From assembly GCA_001643675.2 (NCBI GenBank), contig LSRY02000048.1:496001-560000 (forward strand): DNA of 64,000 nt, written 5' to 3'. Positions 1 to 11,893 of the stretch are shown piece after piece (the stretch's first letter is position 1; the number at the start of each line of letters is the position of its first letter). The position numbers and the translations under genes are program-made. The notes beneath the pieces were generated by a model. It did not search any database. It saw nothing but the letters and a program-made list of their open reading frames with translations, and was not told the DNA's origin. The stretch comes from Monocercomonoides exilis PA203. Lineage: Eukaryota > Protista > Preaxostyla.

Positions 1-420
1 TGAAAAGTCATCAATGAAGGCAAAACCATTTTGAAGGTTTGGAATCATTGTTGTGTGCATCAAATGAACAGAAGCATTGTGCAAAAATAGAGCAGTTGAA
101 ATCATTGTGTGGGGTTCAATGTGTTCTATGTGATGTGTGAAGCAATCTGGCAACATATCATCTTGATTTGACAGAAAGTGAGATTTTGATTTTTCGTTGT
201 TGAATGAGCGATTTGCGAAATTATTGGTGGGAATTGATTTATTCCGATTTCTGTGCGATAAATCATTTTCTGTTGAAGAGGCATTCAGAAGAAGAAGAAG
301 CTCTATCAAGAATGGCATTCTGTTCTTCTCCAATCAAATTGAGTTGTTTTTTTGATGTGGATCAACCCATGTTTCTGAATAAATTCGGCTTCAAAAATTC
401 AATATGGGAATTTATAAACT
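1..420 (-). pseudogene. Degenerate coding-like fragment, possibly the N-terminal part of a member of the expanded lineage-specific gene family
   Basis: The minus strand gives short protein-like stretches (KKQLNLIGEEQNAILDRASSS; HIEPHTMISTALFLHNASVHLMHTTMIPNLQNGFAFIDDFS) broken by stops. No diagnostic motif. Confidence 0.25.
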
Positions 421-1298
421 AATGAGGACTGATTTTCAAAGCATCAGTGTTTTATCGAAATGTGTTATTCCTCAAAATGGGCTTTTTTTTCTGAATAAGC
501 TCACAATAACAGTTTGAAAGAGTGATAAAAAATATTCTTTCAATTCATTTGTTAGTAATCAAAAAACTTTGCTGAGTATGAAAATGCAATCATTATAATA
601 TTTTTGTCTTTCGCTTGAATTATAAAAAATTTTATTTTCAATTCATATGGTGAGTAATTAATTGAAACACATTTTATTAAAGTGAACATTATATTTGCAA
701 TGTCAAATCGTTTTTCTTCAACTTTTCTGAGATTATTTTTTTTTCTTTTTTATTTGTGTTAGAATAATTTTTAAGTTTTGTTTCATATTTATTTCATTTT
801 TCAAAGACTTTACACTTGCAAAAATAACAGTGAACTTAACAATTCTAGCGTTCAAATAATTCCTTTTTTTTTTTTTTTGAAATTATTCACTTTCAAAAGT
901 GAACAATGGAAATAATTCAAATTGCTGAACTTATTATAATGCAATAAACATATATGTTCGTGAAATATTTCCTTTCAAAATTCATGATGTAAGTAAATCT
1001 CAAATGATTTTTTCTTTTCGAAAAAAACTTTTTTGTGTCAGATTTTTTGATGCTCCAGGTTTTCTTGAACATAATATCTGAAAATAAAGGGATGTACCAA
1101 AGACAAAACTGAGGAACACTTTGCCTTTTTGAATACATTTATAATTATGAAAGTTCCTTGAATGTGTTCTTTTATTTCAAAAATCACAAAAAATATCAAA
1201 AACGAACAATTCATGAAAACAGTTAATAATTATCATATGAAAATTTGCTGACTTCGAAGAACAACTCACATTTGTGCCGAAATAATGAAAACATGAAA

Positions 1299-1300
<2 letters not shown>

Positions 1301-1342
<42 letters not shown>
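1301..1342. repeat. Poly(A) tract
   Basis: About 42 consecutive A. Confidence 0.95.
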
Positions 1343-1344
<2 letters not shown>

Positions 1345-1989
1345 GGCATATGCACACTTAACAGCAATTTCTTATTCTTGCATATTTCGTTTGTTTGTTA
1401 CTTATAAACATCATTTGTAATGTTTTGAGTAGTTAAAAACATGCGGAAGTTTATTAAAATAAAATTTTAATTTGTCAAAAATTATGAAAATGGGTCGAAA
1501 ATTTTTCTAAAAAAGGGGGAAAAAATCATAATAAATAATCAAAAAAAATTAATAAATTAATAAATTAATCAATTAATAAATAAATAAATAAGTCTATCTT
1601 AATGAGTTTTCTGAAAACTCAGAGGCAGATAAACCATCGACTGGGTCAATATTGTCGGTTTCACTTGTTTCGCTGTCATCAGAAACAAGTAAATCATTTT
1701 CATCAGGTATTTCTTCTTCATTTGGGGCAAAATATTTCACTTCAGGCATTTTCATTGAAAAATTATGCATTTTCTATTAACTTTTTCATGTCAAAAAGCA
1801 TAATAAAAATGTGTCCATTTTTTGACATTCGTGAAATATTGGAAAAGTATATGTTTTAATTTCTACGATGCCTGTTAACAGATAAGAAAAACAAAGATTT
1901 TCTGAAATGTGATAAAATTTTAAAATGTTATGAGTGAAACATTTTTTTCATGCTTTGTGCATAAAAAGCTTGAAAGTTCGTATTTTCCA

Positions 1990-2915
1990 CCATTTGATAA
2001 AAAGGAGCGGAGTTCAAAAGGTAAGTCTATGAAGACCCAAAGAATTTGCAAAAATCAACGCGCAATCTCATGAGACTTCACGTGCATGGTTCGAAAAGTT
2101 GACAACTGTCATCTCATCTTAAAAAACAAGCTCCTCCAATATCTAAAATTTTGATGAATCTTCATTATGAATTCTGAATGGAACAGAGAATTTAGTAGTC
2201 TGCTTTTTAAATCAAACTCCACCTTCTCCTTCTTCATTGCCAAAAACAGAAAACGCAACGATTTACGTATGCGTATGTGCTGACGGATCACATCTTCCTC
2301 ATATTTTTATTTTCCCTCAAAAAACCATGCTACAGGAACATTCTTAGTTGTCTTCATTTAATATTTTTTTCGTAGGTTCATCATCTGGCTGGATTACTTC
2401 GAATTTATTTTGATTTATTATGATTCAGAAATAGTTTTCTTTAATTTCCGACAAACTGAAAGTGTCCCAATCAAAAAAGGCTCTTCTTTTATTAGACAAT
2501 CACAGATCTCACCATGATTTAGAAGTTAAAGTTTTTGCAGAAAAAAAATATTATTATCGAGTTTTTACCACGGAATATGACACACCTTCTCCAACCTTGC
2601 GACAATTGCGTGTTCTCCAGATTTAAACAAGAATTGCAGAACTCTTTTGTTGCTCCCACTCATTTTTCAACTTCTTCGTATTACAAAGCTTTGGCTGATG
2701 TTTTGTCAGAAGCTTTATCAGCAGAAACATCTCCTTCAAAGATTAAAACTGCATTTCTGAACACAGGAATTTATCCAGTGGCAGCTGCACCGGAACTTTC
2801 TCGTGTGAGCGGTTCACCTGTTAATCAAAAAAATTCATTTGCAGATCATTTATCTTCAAATAACTCAAAGTTAAGTGCGTTTGGAGATTTTTCTTTAAAG
2901 GAAAAACTTCAATAA
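1990..2915 (+). pseudogene. Decayed pogo/Fot1-like DDE_1 transposase
   Basis: Motifs occur in the expected order across frameshifts: RAWFEKL, NFDES (D at 2153-2155), TIYVCVCADGSHLPHIFIFP, GSSSGWIT, ALLLLDNHRSH (D at 2495-2497), FLPRNMTHLLQPCDNCVFSRFK (D at 2601-2603), IKTAFLNTGIYP. No TIRs recognised. Confidence 0.85.
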
Positions 2916-4889
2916 AAAGGGAAAAAACAAGAAAAGTTTTCGACAGAAAAGGATCAAACATTAAAAATGGATAAAAAACTTGTTTTTTTAAGAAGAAAAA
3001 GAAAAGTGACGGCAATATGAAACAAAAGAGTTAACAAAGGAAGAGAAATGGATGGTGAGGCTCAGGAGAAAGATAAGGGATGATAATTTTATGTGTGGAA
3101 ATGATATGAGTTATATATATGAGGAGGATTAAGAAACTGAAACATTTGAATACCATTCATAAAATGTATCATGCAAACGAAGAAAAGTCGATGATATGTC
3201 ATTATCAATGGATAATAATGAAACTATATAATATTTTAGAATGTTGTTTCAGGTTTTTTTCATTGTCGGAAAACTTATATTTAATATTGGATTGATTTGT
3301 CCTTTAAATCACATTTCGCAAATAGGTGAAAATTTTTGAAAAATCACTTTTTTTTAGTCTGATCTGTCCCACAATAAATCATGTTTTTGATTTAAATCAC
3401 CATAATCATTATTCAAAAATTTTGTTATTCCTTTTGTGTGTTATTCTACATTATTTTCATGAATATCTACAGACAGTAACTTCCTTGATTTCATTTATCA
3501 TACAATGAACAACGAAAAATTTATCAAAAAAGCTATATCATTCGAACAAATTAACCTTGGTTTTTCTTCTTTCACATCTCTATCAAAAGAATTGCTGTTT
3601 TGATTTCACTGCACAATGTGAAAACCAACAAAATTCCTTTTTATTTTAAACAAAATTGATTTCAATATGCTTTATCGAAACAATAAGCTTCACATTTTTA
3701 ATTTCCAATAATTTTTCTTATCTTCATTCAGAAGAGTGCAATATTATCTGCAATAGAACTTTATTGCAAATGACTAGAAAATATTGGATGTATTTCTGAT
3801 AACTAAAGAAATTTCTTTTTAAAAGAATGAAACTTGGATTAAAAAAGGTGTTGGAAAAATACAGTTATTTAAAGTTAACAATAATAAGTTAATAAGAAAG
3901 AAAATCTTGAAATTATCTTTGTAATGATATTATTTCGGATAATGTTGTTGCTTCCACACAAGATCCGACTTTTTTATAAAAACAATCAGCTTTTTATCAT
4001 CATTATGAAACACATGTGCTTTACATAAAATGCACCTCGTCGAATTTTTCTCCTTCATCTACTTCTTCTCAACTTTAATCATCTCCAACAACACGTCGTT
4101 CCACTTGCGTTGAACATACACGTCTGTAAGAGGAGCAAATGATGAGCTGCCTTATGAGCATCTGCGAAGAGACGGTGCGAATGATACAGTCTGACCAGCA
4201 CTCCAAACAAGATAAAAAAGAAGATAGTGAAGAGTCAGATATTTTATCAATGGTGAGGATGTGGCTCATAGGGTTCCAATGTCTATGAGAATTACGGAAA
4301 AAAAGATCGAAAATATTTCGGGGAAAGCAATAAATTCTTTAGAGATTGAATAAGCCGCTAGCAGAGCAAGAGGAGAAGTGTTTGGAAGTGGAGCAAAAAC
4401 TTCATTTGATTGGACATTATCAAACAAAGTCAATGATTTCGCATTCTTCTTCCAGCACTCGGATGCGGTGATAAGAATCGGATGATTAATAGGTACGCAA
4501 AATTCTGTGGATCTTTGACTTGCAGAGAACATTGATATTTCACCTGTGCTTCATTCTCAATCGAAAGACTCACAGAATTTTATAACAGATCCATCATATC
4601 CCTTTATATCATTCTTTACCTTCTTCTCTTCTTCTTCTTCTTTCATTTTGACCTCCTTCATACACACTGTAAGAACGCATTCAGAACTCAGCTCTCCAGC
4701 TCAATGTCTTCTCTCTCAGCAGAAGAAGCAGTTGTTGTCGAAGATGAATGAGATGTTGAAGCCATAAGCGTAATGTGCTCATTGAATGATCTACGGTGGC
4801 GGTGGTAAAGATCTCAAGAGAATGAAAGGAGGAGAAGCAGATGATGAATAGTAATTTGCAGTGAGAAAGAGGATGCAGATCAATATTTG

Positions 4890-6254
4890 TATTTTCAGTT
4901 AAAAAAAATCAGCAGATGAATCAAAAGGCGCAACAAAATTGAGGGCAGGGTGTTTCTGCATCAGATCCATCACCATTGAATTCTGAGATGTGAAGTCAGA
5001 CGCCAACTTTGAGAAAGACAGCTCATCTCTTCTCCCATGCATGCAGCTCTGACAAAAGGTTCTTATCCATTTCTCCTTCTGAAACAACAGAGGTGATCCT
5101 TTCCCTGCTTCTTTCCTTCTCTTTCTGTGTGTTTCTTCAGCTTCCTCTTCGATGTTCCGCCTGGCTAAGCTTTAGCCCGCTCTTCAGTGCACTCATCAGA
5201 TCCAACCGAGCCGTCGATCTCCTCGCTTCGACTGCTGCATACACAGGCACTTTTCGCATCTTCCACACAAATTGCTCGTTTTCCTCGCTTTTGATACGCT
5301 CATAACGGCAAGGCACATCCAGTTCATCGCTCAAATATTCTATGTGGGAATTTGCTAAATCATTCAGCTCGCTGTCCGATTTCAGCTCTCTTGTCAAAAT
5401 TGGCGTTTGGCTTTCTTTCGCCTCTTGTGGCACATCGCTTGCCATTTTGTTCTCTTTCTGGTTGATCTGTGTGCCTGTCCCAAGGTGTGATTGTAATATT
5501 TCCTGGATGCTGCTAAACAGATTCTTGTCTTTTTCCTCTATCTTCTTCGCCATTTTCTCCATTTTCCTGCGCTCTCGCTCTTCTTTCTTCTTCCGCCTCC
5601 TCTCTTTCTCTTCTTTCTCATCCCTCTTTTTCTGTATTTCCTGCAGTTTCATCAGCCGAAGCAGTTTTTATCTCTGTTTGTGTCTCATCTTTCTTCTCCT
5701 GTCTTCATAACTGAAGATGGAGCTATATGAAAAACTTCATTTTCTTCATTTTTCTTCGTTTCCTTCAAAGAATTTCTTCTCATCAATGAAAAACTCTCGT
5801 TTTCTTCTGTTTTTAATTTATTTTCATTTTGATCATCATTATTCTTCACATCATTTTCAGGCTTCAACTCCTTCCTCATCTTAATCATTTCTCTTGTCCT
5901 TTTTCCCTCTCTTCTCTTATTCCTTGCTTCTTTCTTTCTTTCTCCTTTCCTCTTCTCCAGATTTTCCGAATACCGCTCCACCATCCGAAACTCTGCATAC
6001 AGCTGCAGCGCCTCAAACACATCTGGTGGGAGAACAAAATATTGTCTTTTCCTTCTTCTTCCGAACTGTTGCCTCATCCTCCTCATCTGCTGCTCTTCCC
6101 CTGTCAGGAATTTGTTGTGAAACAATCCACGTAACGAGATGGAGGAAAAAGAAGAAGAAGGACGTGAAGCACCAGAAGCAGCAGCCATTTGTGCACAGCG
6201 GTTGAGATAGCTCCGGTGGAGTAGACAGTGCATTGTTCTTATGCGGCTCATCAT
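4890..6254 (-). pseudogene. Fragmented lineage-specific coding sequence with charged coiled-coil segments; possibly a distant relative of the family at 26.4 kb and 58.4-60.7 kb
   Basis: Consecutive minus-strand ORFs (5685-6254, 5137-5652, 4899-5087). Weak motif similarity to the pogo cargo: FVLPP vs AVLPP, and VEARRSTARLDLMSALKSGLK vs VEAEYRRMQRRILVSMNDGPK. Confidence 0.35.
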
Positions 6255-7563
6255 GGCAATCTCAGAACGATGGGGTGGGGTGGAAAGAGAGATTGGTCAC
6301 TACTAGAGAAGAGTAGGAAAAAGATGAGGAATAGGATGAAGATGATGAAGTCATGAATGATTGAAATTAATGTGTTGAAGGAGAAGAAAGGCAGAAGGTT
6401 CGATGTGCTTTTGGAGAGATGGAGAAAAGAAGAGAAGAGAAAGGGATGAGAACGGACATTTGCCTTCAGTTGAAGCATAACTGCATTTATACTCGGTTTG
6501 GCAAACAGAGCCTTAAGATGAGTTTGTAGCGATTGGAGCATTTTTACCGAGAAAGATGTTTTGTCTGTTGATCAGTGAGATGCAAAATGCATAACTGCTT
6601 TTCTTCAACCACTGGGAAAAAATGATTGGGATATTATTTGCTTTGCATATAGCGTTTCAAGGCTATCTGGATTCGCAGTGGACGAATGCATAAGATCTTT
6701 ATGTGGCTCTGCTTGAAGAAAATTTGGATTTTCAATAAATTCCGTGTCTTTTGTGGGGGAAGAGACCTCTTAATTGTCTTCCGAAAATTCTTCCTTTCAC
6801 GACAACTTATCTCTTTCGCTTCGAACGCAAGCCCATTTCACATGTTCTTTCATTGCGACTGCAGTTCATCATATTTTCGATAGTTTGTTCCAATGAATAA
6901 AATGACTCTTCGTTCATTGTCCACTTTTCCAGGCTCCTGTGTATGTGTATGTTCTTCTTTCTCTTCCTTGGAGCAGAATTCTGGAGATTCTTCTAACAAT
7001 CTCAATAAATGCAACTTAAAAATAAATAAGAGAAAGAAAATAAAAAAAAAACCTTTGTGATGAATTGCTTTTTGAATATAATAAAAACATCAAAACTGCT
7101 GAAAAAGCTATTATATGATTTTCGTGTGTTATCTGCAACGTTCCATTATTACTATTTTTTGTGCTAACGCAAACTCTGATTTTGAAGAGCGTCTATTTCC
7201 ATGAGTAACATTCAACAATCGCATGTCTATTTTTTCCTGTTCCAGTGACCTTAAATTATCATGAGAGACGGTTGTTCAAATGCATCCATTGATGATTAGA
7301 TGAAGGAGTTCCATTTTTTGACTTCGAATGACTGAATGCCTTTGACAAGAAAAAAGAATTTTTTGTAGTTTTGCGGAAAATGAAATTCAAGGCATAGTAA
7401 TTAATTGGTTAGCTTTTGCTCTTTTCTGATTATTAAAAATTGTCTGATGAGAAAACTGTAAGATTCATAAAGTGTGATCTCTCAGCACTGCATTGGCCAG
7501 ACCATATGAAGAAAAAATAAGACAGGAACGACGACTGTTCTTTATGAGAAATATACTCAAGAT

Positions 7564-8033
7564 GGCATAGGTTCAAACGCGTTCCTTTTGCAATTTGCGT
7601 TTTTAAACCCTCAAATTATAACGAATTAATAGATAATAATTATTTCAAAACTTTTTATGGACCGATTTTTCGAAAAAAATTTTTATTGTTGAAAAAAATG
7701 ATTTTTGAAAAATGACCCATAAAAACATGAATTTCATAAATAATTATTCAAATTTTAAAGAAAACGTGATTTTTACACATCAGAAGTGTTTGCATTATTA
7801 TATAAACTTATTTTATTTGTTAATTTTCATCATAAAATTATAAATCATAAATAAAAATTATTATTAAATATCTTTGATCTAACCCACAATAAATTTTTAA
7901 TATCTGGAAAACTTGAATATGCTGTTTTGGTTAAAACAGAGCCCAAAAGTGTGTAATTCTTTCACCTTTATATGTTTATATAAGTATATAATTATATGCC
8001 CATTTGTTTAATTTTGAAAACAGCTCCTTTTTT
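7564..8033 (+). repeat. Left 470-bp TIR
   Basis: Begins ggcataggttcaaacgcgttcc and ends cagctcctttttt; inverted copy at 10637-11106. Confidence 0.95.
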
Positions 8034-8659
8034 CAAACAGATTATCATGTTTTTTTTTCGCTTGAATGTTTTAAAGCTGCAAATTTTTAATTTCAAATAA
8101 GGTTGCAATGGCTCGAAAAATATTAGCAAAACTTCCTAACGAATAAAAAGTGATAAAATTATTTGAATCTTTGAAAACTGACATATTTTTGCATTTTTAT
8201 AACTATTAATTCAGAATTTCTATTTTTAAATGCATTGAAACAAGAAATTATTTGGTTTATTTAATCTTTGAAGTCTCCAAATCATTTGGAATTGAGTATA
8301 ATTGAGAATTTGTTTTTAATGAGTTAATTTTTCTATTCTTTTCATTTTTTTGTTATTCATAAAATGTTTCAGATTTAAATAGAAATGTTTTTAATAAAAA
8401 TAATGAAAAGCGAGTTTAGGTTTTTTTTTAATTTTTTATTTTGATATTGTTTTTGAAATAATTCTGAAATGTTTTTTTCAAATATAAAAAAATCATTTCA
8501 TTCTCAATATTGAAAATAAAACAAAAATCGAAAATGAATAAGATATTTAAAAACATACAGCTCTTTCAAAACTATTAAAAACATTAACAGGATTGGACTT
8601 GCAACAAAAAATTAAGTTTATTGCAGTTTCAACAAAGAGAAAAAGTCTCAATAAATAAT

Positions 8660-10330
8660 GTTAAATGTTTACTGCTTCAATTCTTATTCTTTCTCCACTC
8701 ATTGTTATTCCACCTTTTGGAGAATTAGAGATTGTTGAATCTTTCATCATCACAGAACTCTTCACAATATCCACAACAGATCCATCCCACTTGCACATCT
8801 ATTTATCTTCTGCATTCAAATGAAATTCATTTCTTTCCTTTGAACTCCCATTAAAAAGGCTATTGTCTATTTTCACATCCAAGCATTCACAAATCTCTAT
8901 CATTCTTCACTTCTCTTTTGTGCTCCGACATTTCACAAAGGAACAGTTCAGCACACTCATTCTCTTTTCGGCTCCTTCCATCTTCATCACACTCTCATTC
9001 CCCAAAACCGAGATATTCACTCCCTCAACCATCGTCATCTCAACTTGCACACTCCCTCCGACACAAATCAAACCACATTCACTCATTACATCCCAAACTC
9101 CAATCTCACTCATCGAAACCTTTCCCTCTTATGTCATTGATAGAAGTTGTTCTGTGGTGTGAATCCCATCAAATGCTGTTTCTGTCATCTTCAGCTCTCC
9201 ACTTTCAACACTCACAATCCTGCTCTTCATCACCAGATCCATCGTTGCTGAGCTGAACAAACACTCCGAAATCTCCAATCTCCCATTCTTCTCTTTCGCA
9301 ATGCTTTCTCCTTCCCACTCAAACATATCCTCAAATGCAAACTCACATCTCTCCACAACACACTCATGAACAAACACAATCAGACTTCCTCCATTCACAT
9401 ATTCTTCTATCATTATGTTGAAATGAATGGTTGTTGCTTCCCTGGTCAGTGAAGTTATTCTCAGATCTCCAATCTCGCACACTCCCCCAATTAGACATTC
9501 TCCATCAATCAGAATCGTATTCACAGCATTCCTTTCAATGTGTCGAACTTTGGAGTGAATGTTTTGATATGATTTCTCATGTGCTCCGCGCTATCTGTTG
9601 TCGCTCCCATTCCCACTCCAGTCCCTTTGCAAATAAACAACAAGAGGAGTCACATATCCCTCCTCTCCAATTGTCTTCCTTTCTCATCCACACAATTCAT
9701 CCAACGATACCGACTACTCTGAACTCATCTCCCATTTGAAGTTCTCTTTGTCCACAATTTCACTCAGATTCCATCCTGATACAAACATATTCTTCCCTTT
9801 CCACCCATCACATCCCTTAAATTCCATCCCTTCCATCACAAATGATCCAATCTCTTCAGTAAGTTCAATAAACATCCCTCCTCCCATTCCTCTCCCTCCT
9901 TCCTCAACATCCTCTCTTGGCACTTCACACCCTGAATATTTCACTCCTTTCATTTCCAAACTCCCTCCCTTCCCCACTGATATCTTCATCCCTCCCCCTT
10001 TCATCCCACTTCCACCTGAACACAATGATGACAAATTGCATTCCTCCAATTTCACATTCCCATTAACACCCATCTCCACATTCAAACATCCCCCATCTAC
10101 TCCTTTCACTTCCACATCACTCATTCGGCTGTTCATAATCTCCAATTTCACTCCATTTGTTATCGTTATTGGAGATTTCCCATTCATAATCACTCCCCCT
10201 TTTATCCGGCTTCCATTCGTTGCACCCCCTTCTCTTGCACTCCATCCAAACAGTACTACCACTTCTTCTCTTTTTTCTTCACATCAAATCTTCAATTCCT
10301 CATATTGTAACCTATCAAATGAACTTGAAA
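8660..10330 (-). pseudogene. Cargo: broken fragment of the expanded GG-repeat (beta-helix/POMP-like) surface-protein family
   Basis: ORFs 9714-10262, 9129-9524 and 8907-9113 carry DGGCLNV, KGGGMKI, GMGGGMFIEL and GCDGWKGKNMFVSGWNL. These parallel GRGGGLYL...GKEGRDIFIECWNI at 28 kb. Stops and frameshifts separate the ORFs. Confidence 0.75.
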
Positions 10331-10636
10331 GACAAATAATTCCTCATTTGAACAATTCATTTTTCATCAAAAAAAAACAAACTTTTATTTTGTTCATTGT
10401 TTTTGTTTCTTAATATCGGGATTTTTTGCATAATCAATGTTTAACTCTGCAATATTGGTTCATTTAATGATAAAATGATCGTTCCTGATTCAATAAAACA
10501 TTAATATACAAAAAAAAATATTTTTTTGATGAAAAGAATCAACAAATAGCATTTGGATTCCGTTGTAAACAAATTTGAATTCAACATTTGGTGGCTTTTA
10601 AACATAAAAGTTGTTACAAACATGTAAATCGAATTA

Positions 10637-11106
10637 AAAAAAGGAGCTGTTTTCAAAATTAAACAAATGGGCATATAATTATATACTTATATAAACATAT
10701 AAAGGTGAAAGAATTACACACTTTTGGGCTCTGTTTTAACCAAAACAGCATATTCAAGTTTTCCAGATATTAAAAATTTATTGTGGGTTAGATCAAAGAT
10801 ATTTAATAATAATTTTTATTTATGATTTATAATTTTATGATGAAAATTAACAAATAAAATAAGTTTATATAATAATGCAAACACTTCTGATGTGTAAAAA
10901 TCACGTTTTCTTTAAAATTTGAATAATTATTTATGAAATTCATGTTTTTATGGGTCATTTTTCAAAAATCATTTTTTTCAACAATAAAAATTTTTTTCGA
11001 AAAATCGGTCCATAAAAAGTTTTGAAATAATTATTATCTATTAATTCGTTATAATTTGAGGGTTTAAAAACGCAAATTGCAAAAGGAACGCGTTTGAACC
11101 TATGCC
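10637..11106 (-). repeat. Right 470-bp TIR
   Basis: Reverse complement of 7564-8033. Confidence 0.95.
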
Positions 11107-11893
11107 CTCAAGATTTCATGGCATGCTGTTCCGTTTTGAAAATAAAAAAGGAAAATCGAATCTTGACAAGAAACGCAAAGATCTGTTGTGACATTTAAGT
11201 TTCCAGCTGCCCGCATTAATGACAGAGAACAGCAGATAATTACCATTCGATTAAATTCCACTTCAGAATTGTGCAACACGTAAAAAATGCAATAATCTCT
11301 GAAAATATTCTTGGATTCCATAATTTAACTCCTGATAAAATGATTTGATTGGATATGTTATAATTAAAGCGATTTGTTTGATATTGCTCAAATTCAAGAC
11401 ATCAAAAGCTTGGAGATATAAAGACATTGTGTTGATACGAATTCAAGCACTTTCATCCTTCTTATCCAAATGAAATTTTCAGTAACGTATTTCGCTTCAA
11501 TTATCTTATTTTGTTGAGCGTTCTTTTAGTGAAGAAAACGTATTCAAGTGGTTAAAACAAATTCATTTTGATCCAAATATGTTTTTAAATCAAAAAATTT
11601 TTTAAAGACATATTCTGATAAAAAAGTCAATTTGTGATTAATTATAAAGAGTTTGAATAAATTTTCATTTAAAATATAGAATTTCTTTAACTGTAATGGG
11701 TGATGTTTTTTGATCTGTGGTGATTTTTCAAAAATTTTCTCCCAAATGCAAAAGCATATAATAATACTTTTTTATTTGTTTCTTTTTTGTATAATTCAAT
11801 CATTAAACTTTTCCAAAATCTTGTTAAATGAAAACCAAAATGTTCAAAAAAAATTAAGTGGATATAAATGTTGAAAAAAACAGTTCCAATTTT

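Larger units (their letters stand above)
7564..11106. mobile_element. Non-autonomous cut-and-paste element (3543 bp) with 470-bp TIRs, an 8-bp TSD and a captured host gene-family fragment (Pack-type; MULE- or Merlin-mobilised)
   Basis: 7564-8033 is the reverse complement of 10637-11106, with no mismatch seen by eye. Termini are GGCATAGG...CCTATGCC. The direct repeat CTCAAGAT lies at 7556-7563 and 11107-11114. No transposase inside. Confidence 0.93.

Noticed and set aside
9736-10413. 225-aa Pro/Ser/Phe-rich plus-strand ORF
   Set aside because: It is the antisense shadow of the Gly-rich minus-strand family fragment.
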